From NCBI GenBank assembly GCA_016699795.1, contig CP065011.1:819449-883448 (forward strand): 64,000 bases of DNA, in the 5' to 3' direction. Of the stretch, positions 50,349 to 58,317 are shown one piece after another. Both the position numbers and the translations under genes were made by a program. Source of the DNA: Candidatus Moraniibacteriota bacterium (GTDB lineage: Bacteria > Patescibacteriota > Minisyncoccia > Moranbacterales > GCA-2747515). The notes under the pieces are model-generated. The model saw only the letters and a list, made by a program, of their open reading frames with translations. It did not search any database and was not told the origin of the DNA. How positions within the stretch are numbered: position 1 is the stretch's first letter; every line of letters starts with the position of its first letter.

Positions 50349-51926
50349 ATGTACGACATTCTTCTTCGCGGGGGTTTGGTATACGATGGAACTGGAGCAA
50401 AACCCGTTCGTGCTGACGTGGCAATCAAAGATGGTTTTATCCATGAAATGGGGGAAATTTCAAAAAATCAAGCAACAAGAGAATCTATTGATGTCGAAGG
50501 AAAGGTTGTTTCTCCAGGATTTATCGATGTAAATAATCATAGTGATACACACTGGAGAATGTTTTTTGATCCAAAATTAGAAAGCCTTCTTTCTCAAGGA
50601 ATAACAACCATCATTGGAGGCTCTTGTGGTTCATCTCTTGCACCACTGCTCAATGAAAAGGCCATAGATTCTATACGAAAATGGATTGAAGTTCGATCTG
50701 TTCATGCAAATTGGGGACATCTTTGTGAATTTTTCTCTTACCTTGCTCTTCGTGGCATTCCTCTCAATTTCGCTACGTTGGTGGGACACAACACTCTTCG
50801 ACGTGCTTTAGTTGGAGATGAAAATCGAGCCTGTACAGAAGAAGAGTTAGCTCAAGCAGTGCGGGCAGTTCAGACTTCTCTTCAAGAGGGTGCTCTTGGA
50901 TTATCTTTTGGTTTAGCGTATACACACGCAAAGGCTGCGGATGAAAGAGAGATACAATCTCTTATGAAAGCAGTTTCTGCGAAGGGTATTATAACAGTTC
51001 ATCTTCGTAATGAAGGACCTTTTATTCAGGAATCTTTGGGGGAGATGCTGGAATATGCAAAAAACACTCAATCCCGTTTGCATATTTCTCATCTTAAAGT
51101 GATGGGAAAAAGAAATTGGCAAAGTTTTGATGGAGCGCTTTCTCTCTTAGATACTGCATCTCAAGAAGGTGTTGATGTGAGTTTTGATGTATTTCCTTAT
51201 GATTTTTCTGGATCCGTTCTCTATACATTACTCCCTGATTGGGTTTGTGAAGGGGGAAGAATGCCTATGCTTGAAAGATTGCGAGATTTCCCCACAAAAA
51301 GACAAATTGTTTCTGAGATGAAACAATCTTCTTTTGAATTTGAAAAAATGCATATTTTAAGTGCAACATTTCTCAATCAATCACTTACAAAGAAAAACAT
51401 TTCAGAAATTGCAAAATCTAGAGGTATCGAGTCAGAAGAGGCCTTTATTGAAATTCTTCTTGCAAGTGAAGGAAGAGCGCTGGCACGAATGAATGTTCTT
51501 AGTGAAGAAAATATGGAAAAGGCTATGAAACATCCTCTTTCTATGATTTGTTCTGATGGTTCGGGATATAGTTTGAAACATAAAATTATTGGGGAAGAAA
51601 TTCATCCTCGAAATTTTGGAGCATTCCCGAGGTTCCTTGGTCATTATGTGCGAGAGAAAAAACTCCTTTCTCTGGAAGAAGCTTTGTATAAAATAACGGG
51701 ATTTCCAGCGAAACGTTTCGGTATTTCTCAGAGGGGAGTCTTAAAAGAAGGAAACTATGCAGACATTGTTGTATTTGATCCGGATAAAATACGAGATGAA
51801 GCTACCGTACAAAATCCTTATCAGTATGCAAGTGGGATTGAATACGTTGTGGTAAATGGAGAGTTTGCATGGAGGGATTCCCAATGTGTTGCGAAAAATT
51901 CTGGATTGATTGTTAAACGGAAATAA
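50349..51926 (+). CDS. D-aminoacylase family amidohydrolase
   Basis: The N-terminus YDILLRGGLVYDGTGAKPVRADVAIKDGFI, metal-binding His pairs and 525-aa length match N-acyl-D-amino-acid deacylases. Confidence 0.65.
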   Translation: MYDILLRGGLVYDGTGAKPVRADVAIKDGFIHEMGEISKNQATRESIDVEGKVVSPGFIDVNNHSDTHWRMFFDPKLESLLSQGITTIIGGSCGSSLAPLLNEKAIDSIRKWIEVRSVHANWGHLCEFFSYLALRGIPLNFATLVGHNTLRRALVGDENRACTEEELAQAVRAVQTSLQEGALGLSFGLAYTHAKAADEREIQSLMKAVSAKGIITVHLRNEGPFIQESLGEMLEYAKNTQSRLHISHLKVMGKRNWQSFDGALSLLDTASQEGVDVSFDVFPYDFSGSVLYTLLPDWVCEGGRMPMLERLRDFPTKRQIVSEMKQSSFEFEKMHILSATFLNQSLTKKNISEIAKSRGIESEEAFIEILLASEGRALARMNVLSEENMEKAMKHPLSMICSDGSGYSLKHKIIGEEIHPRNFGAFPRFLGHYVREKKLLSLEEALYKITGFPAKRFGISQRGVLKEGNYADIVVFDPDKIRDEATVQNPYQYASGIEYVVVNGEFAWRDSQCVAKNSGLIVKRK

Positions 51927-51940
51927 AGAATATACAGAGT

Positions 51941-53344
51941 ATGTCTTGGAAAGAACAATTCTCGGGAAAGAAAATAACAGTATATGGTTTGGGTCTTCAC
52001 GGAGGAGGTGTAAGTACCGTTCGTTTTTTTGCAGAGGCCAATGCTAAAATAACAGTTACGGATCTAAAAACAAAAGAACAGCTCGCACCGTCTTTGGAGC
52101 AATTAAAAAAATACAAAAATATTCAGTATGTACTCGGAGGACACCGAGAAGAAGATTTTATTTTTGCTGATCTGATTATAAAATCCCCAGCTATTCCTTG
52201 GGAAAATAACTATATTCGTCTAGCTTTGGAAAAGAATATACCCGTAGAAATGGATTCGAGTTTGTTTTTTCATTATAGCTCTTCTCCTATTATTGGTGTT
52301 ACAGGAACGAAAGGAAAAACAACAGTATCTCTTCTTACAAGTAGGCTCCTTGAATTGGCAGGAGAAAAAGTTGCTCAAGTGGGTATAGGGCAGGTTCCCG
52401 TTTTGGATGTTTTAGGAGAAATTGAAAAATATTCTGTTTGTGTTTTTGAACTTTCAAGCTGGCGTTTGAGTGCTTTCAACAAGGTGAAATTCAAGAAGAG
52501 TCCTCATATAGCGGTGTTTAAAAATTTTCTTCCTGATCATTTAAATTATTATTCTTCTATGGAAGAATATTTGGAAGACAAAAAAAATATTTTTCGTTAT
52601 CAAAATGAAAATGATTGGCTTCTTCTTAATTATGATGATGATGTTGTAAGAGAACTCTCTAAAGAAGCGCGATCAAAAATTATATATTTTGGATTTTCTC
52701 AACCAGAAGAGGGAAAGTTTGTGAGTATTGAAGGGGATTATCTGGTATATGGAGATGGTGAAAAAACATACCGTATTGTGGAGAGTCGAGATCTTACCTT
52801 GAGGGGTAATCATAATGTTCTTAACGTTATGGCAGCTGTCGGTGCTTGTATAGCGTATGGAATGTCTTTGGAAGATCTTCGAAAAAATATACCTTTACTT
52901 GAAGGCGTTCCTCATCGGCTTGAATTTGTAAGAGAGATGAGAGGGGTTAAATTTTATAATGATACGACAGCCACTATACCTGAAGCGACTATATCTGCAC
53001 TTCATTCTTTTACTCAACCCGTTATCCTTATAGCAGGGGGATCTAATAAAGGCCTTCACTATGAAGGTTTTGCAAAAGCGCTCCTTCATAAAGCAAAGGC
53101 AATTGTTTTTCTCTCTGGTACGGCAACACAGGATATGATAAAGGCGCTCGAAGATAATAGGCAAGAAGGAGAAAAGAAGTTTATAGAAACACAATCGATA
53201 ACAGAAGCAGTAACGCAAGCTTTGAGCCTAGCAGAGACGGGGGATATCGTAGTGTTATCTCCAGGAGCAGCGAGTTTTGGTATGTTTGAGAATGAATTTG
53301 ATAGGGGAAATAAATTTCGTCAAGCGGTAAGAGATCTTCATTAA
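51941..53344 (+). CDS. murD: UDP-N-acetylmuramoylalanine--D-glutamate ligase
   Basis: N-terminal Rossmann-like GLGLHGGG and the Mur ligase P-loop IIGVTGTKGKTT; 467 aa. Confidence 0.85.
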   Translation: MSWKEQFSGKKITVYGLGLHGGGVSTVRFFAEANAKITVTDLKTKEQLAPSLEQLKKYKNIQYVLGGHREEDFIFADLIIKSPAIPWENNYIRLALEKNIPVEMDSSLFFHYSSSPIIGVTGTKGKTTVSLLTSRLLELAGEKVAQVGIGQVPVLDVLGEIEKYSVCVFELSSWRLSAFNKVKFKKSPHIAVFKNFLPDHLNYYSSMEEYLEDKKNIFRYQNENDWLLLNYDDDVVRELSKEARSKIIYFGFSQPEEGKFVSIEGDYLVYGDGEKTYRIVESRDLTLRGNHNVLNVMAAVGACIAYGMSLEDLRKNIPLLEGVPHRLEFVREMRGVKFYNDTTATIPEATISALHSFTQPVILIAGGSNKGLHYEGFAKALLHKAKAIVFLSGTATQDMIKALEDNRQEGEKKFIETQSITEAVTQALSLAETGDIVVLSPGAASFGMFENEFDRGNKFRQAVRDLH

Positions 53345-53380
53345 TTTTTTTTAAGAGAATAGAATCTTTTCCATCTTTTC

Positions 53381-53490
53381 GACTGATGAATCTTCGAGGA
53401 GTGGAGACTTGGTCCGCCTTTGGCGGAAATCTCGCGGAGACGGAAAAAGAGTCCTTGCGAGGAGTCCGCGAAGTGACGAAGCAATTCAGA
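53381..53490 (+). repeat. GC-rich structured repeat element, left copy, upstream of the AAA-ATPase gene
   Basis: Sub-blocks CGACTGATGAATC, GGTCCGCCTTTGGCGGAAATCTCGCGGAGACGG (two palindromes) and GTCCTTGCGAG...GCGAAGCAATTCAGA. Each has a counterpart at 54884-54980, but in a different order. Confidence 0.5.
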
Positions 53491-53653
53491 GTATATTCGA
53501 GAAAAAAAATAGAGGGTATATATTTCAAAAAAATAAAGTCTTCACCGTATAATCCTGGATTGCCACGCAGAGCCTCGAAACGACGGAGGGAAAGATCTTG
53601 CAAACAGAAAAAAGAGAGAAAAAAAGAGGATATTTGCTTATTTTGTTAATTTT

Positions 53654-53701
53654 GTGTATTGTAAATACATAAATTAATGTAATAATTTGTATTATAAATA
53701 C
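53654..53701 (+). promoter_or_regulatory. tandem palindromic operator-like sites upstream of the AAA-ATPase gene
   Basis: TGTATTGTAAATACA (53654-53668) and TGTATTATAAATACA (53687-53701) are 15-bp palindromes repeated in tandem, ending 9 bp before the ATG. Confidence 0.4.
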
Positions 53702-53709
53702 ATAAATAT

Positions 53710-54861
53710 ATGATAAAGCGATTTTTTAGCCCTCTCGAGCCATTATTATGTCCGAATAAAGTATTGGTACTGTATGGACCACGAAGAGTTGGAAAAACAA
53801 CACTTCTCAAGGAACTTCTTGAAAAAACTTCTTTAAAGTATCGTTTTGATAGTGGTGAAAATTTACGAGTTCAAGAACTTTTTGCTTCTGGTGATTTTGA
53901 AAAAATGAAAGAATATGTTGGTGATAATGAGCTTATTGCTATTGATGAGGCTCAGCAAATACCTTCTATCGGAATGGGATTAAAAATCATAGTTGATCAG
54001 ATTCCTAGGATAAAGATTATTGTGACAGGTTCTTCGAGTTTTGAATTGTTTAATCAAATTGGAGAGCCTTTAGTGGGGAGAAAAAACACTCTTACTCTTT
54101 ATCCATTCGCTCAAGTTGAACTTAAAAATGAATTCAATATTTTTGATCTTAAAGAAAGACTTGAAGAATTCTTGATTTATGGTTCCTATCCAGATGTTTT
54201 TCTTGCTCCGAGTAAACAGGAAAAAATAATATTTCTCAATGATATTGTAGATTCTTATTTATTAAAGGATATTCTTGCTTTAGATGGCGTAAAAAAATCT
54301 CGAGTCTTAGTTGATCTTGTTACATTACTTGCTCTTCAAATTGGGAGCGAAGTTTCTCTTAACGAACTCGCACAACAACTCAATGCTAATGTGCGGACTA
54401 TCGAAAAATACCTCGATATACTAGAAAAGGGCTTTGTTATTACTTCACTTTCGACCTTAAAACGTAACCTCCGAAATGAAGTAAGGGGAAAGCGAAAATA
54501 TTATTTTCTTGATCTTGGTGTTCGTAATGCATTACTTTCACAATTTAATGAAATTGCTTTACGAAATGATGTAGGAGCTCTTTGGGAAAATTTTCTCTTT
54601 ATTGAACGATTGAAAAAATGTTCCTATCAGAAAATTTTTGCCAATCGATACTTTTGGAGAACGTACAATCAAAAAGAAATTGATCTTGTAGAAGAACGTG
54701 GAGGTGAGTTTTTTGCCTACGAATTCAAATGGAGTATGGACAAAAAACAACCACCAAAAGAATTTATAGAAGAATATACGCAATCTCATTTTGAAAATAT
54801 TACTCGAGAAAAGTATTGGGACTTTATCGCGGGAGAAAATGAAGACAAAGAGGGTGTATAA
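53710..54861 (+). CDS. AAA-family ATPase (AAA_14 / DUF4143-type ATP-binding protein)
   Basis: Walker A LVLYGPRRVGKTT, Walker B LIAIDEAQ, and the C-terminal DUF4143-like region; 383 aa. Confidence 0.65.
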   Translation: MIKRFFSPLEPLLCPNKVLVLYGPRRVGKTTLLKELLEKTSLKYRFDSGENLRVQELFASGDFEKMKEYVGDNELIAIDEAQQIPSIGMGLKIIVDQIPRIKIIVTGSSSFELFNQIGEPLVGRKNTLTLYPFAQVELKNEFNIFDLKERLEEFLIYGSYPDVFLAPSKQEKIIFLNDIVDSYLLKDILALDGVKKSRVLVDLVTLLALQIGSEVSLNELAQQLNANVRTIEKYLDILEKGFVITSLSTLKRNLRNEVRGKRKYYFLDLGVRNALLSQFNEIALRNDVGALWENFLFIERLKKCSYQKIFANRYFWRTYNQKEIDLVEERGGEFFAYEFKWSMDKKQPPKEFIEEYTQSHFENITREKYWDFIAGENEDKEGV

Positions 54862-54883
54862 GAGAGGATTTCCCCGTTCTTTC

Positions 54884-54980
54884 GAGTGATGATGTTTTGT
54901 TTTTTCTGTCTTTGCGAGCGTAGCGAAGCAATCCAGAAATTCGGATGGACCGCCACGTTGCGGACTCCTCGCGGAATCGG
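54884..54980 (+). repeat. GC-rich structured repeat element, right copy, between the ATPase gene and the DGR target gene
   Basis: CGAGTGATGATG, GTCTTTGCGAGCGTAGCGAAGCAATCCAGA and GATGGACCGCCACGTTGCGGACTCCTCGCGGAATCGG match the left copy's sub-blocks at about 70 percent identity. Confidence 0.5.
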
Positions 54981-55083
54981 AGATCCAGCATTTCACAAAA
55001 AACACAAAACATCCTATACTAAAAAAAGAAAAAAGATTATTTCACAAACAAAAAAAAGAACATTTATTATACAATAAAATAGT

Positions 55084-56229
55084 ATGATGTTTACGAAAAA
55101 AAATACTCCCCCCAAACTACAAAGAACTCTTGATGGAATACGAAAAGAAAAAAACAATACTTATTCTATAAAAGAAAAAAAAGAAATCTCTCTTTCTTCT
55201 TTTTTTTCTTTCCTCTCCAAAAAAAGAAAACTCACTTCTACTTTCCTCTTAACCATTCTTATCTTAGGAGGAGTCTCTTTTTTCTTTTCAAAAAATATAA
55301 AAGGAGCAACGTATGGATGGATTCAAAGTAGTTGGATAGGAGGAGTAACAGTAAATACTGCTACACATACCAATAATCAAGAAAACTGGACGGAGTTTGC
55401 TTCGAAAGATACAAACATTGATACAACATCTACTCCTGGAGAAGTAAAAATTGTGGGAGTAAATAATAGCTGGATACAAACAAGTGATGCGGATTTCAAT
55501 GCGGGAACGAATGACGGTATTGTGGTGAGTGGAGGAGCTGTTTCTTCTCTCCGCCCTCCTGGAGCAAGTTGTACAAGTTATACGCAGTGTACGAGTTATT
55601 CTTGTACTGGGAATCTTTGTGGATCGGATAATGGCTGTGGCGTGGCTCAGGATGCGGATGGCAATCGTTATGGATCTATCTGGGTGGGGACACAATGCTG
55701 GCTCAATAGAAATCTTAATGTAGGAACGATGCTTGCAAGTGCAAGTACCCTTCCTACCAATAATGGAACGATAGAAAAATGGTGCTATGATAATAATAGT
55801 GCGAACTGTATTTCAGAAGGGGGTTTGTATCATTGGAGCGAAGCAATGAGTTGGGTAACGACAGAGGGAGCTCAAGGCATCTGCCCCACAGGTTGGCACA
55901 TACCAACGGATGCAGAACAAAACACGCTTGATCAGTACCTCAAAGACACGCTTGCAACCTGCAATGCTTCACGTTCAGGAGCGTATGATTGTATCAGTGC
56001 AGGAACCAAGCTCAAAGTAAATGGAATATCAAATATGAATATACCGCTCGCTGGTAACCGTCTTACCTCCGGCACGTTTGTCGTTCGAGGGGCGTACACG
56101 TACCTTTGGTCTTCGTCAGTTTCAGGCTCGGATGCTTGGTATCGTAATTTGAATTCTGGGTCTGATGGTGTCGGTCGCGGTCCTTATTCCCAGGCTTACG
56201 GGTTTAGTGTCCGTTGTCTCAAGAACTGA
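55084..56229 (+). CDS. DGR target protein: membrane-anchored, C-type-lectin-fold variable protein (FISUMP-like ligand-binding domain)
   Basis: N-terminal transmembrane helix, a Thr/Ser-rich linker, a DADGNRYGSIWVGTQCWLNRNLNVG block resembling the FISUMP domain, and a C-terminal VR ending ...AYGFSVRCLKN as in known DGR targets. Confidence 0.75.
   Translation: MMFTKKNTPPKLQRTLDGIRKEKNNTYSIKEKKEISLSSFFSFLSKKRKLTSTFLLTILILGGVSFFFSKNIKGATYGWIQSSWIGGVTVNTATHTNNQENWTEFASKDTNIDTTSTPGEVKIVGVNNSWIQTSDADFNAGTNDGIVVSGGAVSSLRPPGASCTSYTQCTSYSCTGNLCGSDNGCGVAQDADGNRYGSIWVGTQCWLNRNLNVGTMLASASTLPTNNGTIEKWCYDNNSANCISEGGLYHWSEAMSWVTTEGAQGICPTGWHIPTDAEQNTLDQYLKDTLATCNASRSGAYDCISAGTKLKVNGISNMNIPLAGNRLTSGTFVVRGAYTYLWSSSVSGSDAWYRNLNSGSDGVGRGPYSQAYGFSVRCLKN
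56041..56229 (+). repeat. DGR variable region (VR)
   Basis: The last 63 codons of the target gene. They align to the TR with substitutions confined to TR-adenine positions, plus one A/C difference. Confidence 0.85.
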
Positions 56230-56279
56230 TATATTTTCTTTTATTCTTTTTTTATTTTATTCTTTTTCCGAAAAAAAAT

Positions 56280-56642
56280 ATGGCAATGCATCATAATCTC
56301 CCAGTATATCGAGCGAGCTATGATTTTCTTAGAGATTTTTTTCTTTTTTCCAAACATATTCCAAAAGAGTATAAATATACCGTTGGGGAGAAAATAAAAA
56401 ATGAAGCCGTTGAAATGACTCTTTGTATTGTGGAAGCAAATGCATCCAGAGAAGGAAGAAAAGAAAAAATTCAAAAAGGAATCCTTCATTTAGAACGAAT
56501 ACGGCTTCTAATGAGGCTTTTAAAAGATACTAAAAATATAAGTTTAAAATCTTTTGCTCAATTATCTTTGGATCTAGAGACAGCCAGTAGACAACTTACA
56601 GGATGGAAGAATTATCAACAAAATGGCCAGAGTCGCGAATAG
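56280..56642 (+). CDS. avd: Avd-like accessory variability determinant (four-helix-bundle protein)
   Basis: ~120-aa basic helical protein between VR and TR (MAMHHNLPVYRASYDFLRDFF...VGEKIKNEAVEMTLCIVEANASREGRKEK), in the position and of the size and character of bAvd. The start is taken at the Met at 56280. Confidence 0.55.
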   Translation: MAMHHNLPVYRASYDFLRDFFLFSKHIPKEYKYTVGEKIKNEAVEMTLCIVEANASREGRKEKIQKGILHLERIRLLMRLLKDTKNISLKSFAQLSLDLETASRQLTGWKNYQQNGQSRE

Positions 56643-56782
56643 TCAAGGCTTTCGCGAGTGCGCCAAAATCAGTTCCATAGCCCTCTCGTTTTTCGGGAAA
56701 TATAAAAATGAGGAGTAGGAATAAGGTATTCCATTGGACAAAAGCGTGTAGCATTTGTTCAAGAGTAATAGTGGCTATTTGA

Positions 56783-56974
56783 CATAACGCTCGCTGGTAA
56801 CCGTAATACCTCCGGCACGTTTGACAATCGAGGGACGAACACGAACCTTTGGTCTTCGTCAGTTTCAGGCTCGAATGCTTGGAATCGTAATTTGAATTCT
56901 GGGTCTGCTGGTGTCAATCGCAATCCTAATTCCCAGGCTAACGGGTTTAGTGTCCGTTGTCTCAAGAACTGATA
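56783..56974 (+). repeat. DGR template repeat (TR)
   Basis: Noncoding ~190-nt copy of the VR with A at every variable position and AAC/AAT codons in the VR frame; immediately upstream of the RT. Confidence 0.85.
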
Positions 56975-56985
56975 CGCGATGATGT

Positions 56986-58035
56986 ATGAAAAAAGAGGAT
57001 GTGGAGATTTATATTTACATCCTCGTCTCGCGTTTTTTTGAATCCCAATATTTTTCTATGAATAAACAAGAACTTTTTGAAAAAATTCTTTCTGCCTACT
57101 ATGACGCTCGAAAGAATAAAAGAAAAAGTCACGACGCAATTTTTTTTGAGATGAATTATGAAAAAGAATGTATGCGATTGTGTGAAGAGCTTATGGATAG
57201 AACGTATAGAATTTCACCCAGTTCTTGTTTTATTGTGAACAGACCAGTAAAAAGAGAAATTTTTGCCGGAGCTTTTCGTGATAGGGTTATTCATCATTTT
57301 CTTTTTAATGCTGTAAATCCCTGGTGTGAAACAATGTTTATCCGTGATACGTATAGTTGTCGAAAAGGAAAGGGAACCTCCTATGCCGTATCTCGTGCAA
57401 TACATTTTCTTCGCTCTGTTTCAAAAAATTATTCTTCGGATGCTTGGGTAATACGACTAGATATAGCGGGGTATTTTATGTCTATTCGAAAGGATATTTT
57501 ATTTTCTATCTTTGTAGATCTTTTAGAACGTCATCGAAACGCTATGTTATATGACTTTGATCTTCTTTTTTGGTTAGGACAAAAAATTATTGATAATAAT
57601 CCAATTTTTTCTGCTAAAGTGAAAGGAAAGAAAGAGGATTGGGTTGGGTTGCCGAGAAATAAAAGTCTTTATTGGGCTGAAAAAGGTTGCGGATTACCTA
57701 TCGGAAATTTAACAAGTCAACTTTTTGCAAATGTATATTTGAGTGATTTTGATTACTATGTTCGATCTATAGTTTCTCGTCTTGGGGGATGTTATGGGCG
57801 ATATGTAGATGATATTCTTATTTTTATACCTAAGAATAAGAATATTCGGACAGTTGTGCAATTACTCGAACAGCATCTTTTTAAAAAAAGACGGCTTTAT
57901 ATACATCCGAAAAAAATTTTCACACAACCGTATAAAAACGGTTTTTCTTTTGTTGGTAGATATATCCTTCCTTATAGAATATATATAAAACGAAAAACAA
58001 AACAGAATATGAAAAAAATTTTATTAAGAAGATGA
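56986..58035 (+). CDS. DGR reverse transcriptase
   Basis: RT motifs FRDRVIHHFLF (1/2), GLPIGNLTSQLFANVYLSDFD (B/4) and YGRYVDDILIF (C/5, YxDD); 349 aa. Confidence 0.85.
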   Translation: MKKEDVEIYIYILVSRFFESQYFSMNKQELFEKILSAYYDARKNKRKSHDAIFFEMNYEKECMRLCEELMDRTYRISPSSCFIVNRPVKREIFAGAFRDRVIHHFLFNAVNPWCETMFIRDTYSCRKGKGTSYAVSRAIHFLRSVSKNYSSDAWVIRLDIAGYFMSIRKDILFSIFVDLLERHRNAMLYDFDLLFWLGQKIIDNNPIFSAKVKGKKEDWVGLPRNKSLYWAEKGCGLPIGNLTSQLFANVYLSDFDYYVRSIVSRLGGCYGRYVDDILIFIPKNKNIRTVVQLLEQHLFKKRRLYIHPKKIFTQPYKNGFSFVGRYILPYRIYIKRKTKQNMKKILLRR

Positions 58036-58317
58036 ATACAATTTCAAAACGAAAGACAAAATAATAGAACTTGTGAAATTCATTCATTTCATGCTTGTTG
58101 GATATCGTATGAAGGTATATTTGAATATTGTAATGCTTATAAAGTAAGAGAAAGATGGACTTGTGTTTATAAAAAGAAGAAGAAAGAATTGGAATTGATA
58201 GAAATGAATACTATAAGAGTGTAACTGATGCAAGTCATTGGGTTCTTATTAGAGGGAAATAAAGAAGATTTTTTGAAAATTTTTTTGAAAATAAAAACTA
58301 TGGTATACTTGGAGGGT

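Larger units (their letters stand above)
55084..58035 (+). mobile_element. diversity-generating retroelement (DGR) cassette: target gene with VR, avd, TR, RT
   Basis: A 190-nt VR at the 3' end of the target gene and a noncoding TR 560 bp downstream differ at 18 positions. 17 of these are TR adenines replaced by other bases in the VR, and the TR carries AAC/AAT codons at those positions. A YVDD reverse transcriptase lies immediately downstream, and an Avd-like ORF sits between VR and TR. Confidence 0.85.

Noticed and set aside
53386-53649. 87-aa ORF, plus the 63-aa ORF at 54886-55077, within the GC-rich repeat elements
   Set aside because: Both are highly basic and low-complexity, sit exactly on the GC-rich repeats, and show no protein similarity to each other despite the DNA similarity. 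They are more likely structured DNA or RNA than coding sequence.
56759-56965. 68-aa minus-strand ORF inside the DGR template repeat
   Set aside because: It lies entirely within the noncoding TR, whose sequence is constrained by homology to the VR. It has no RBS or context, so it is a spurious frame.
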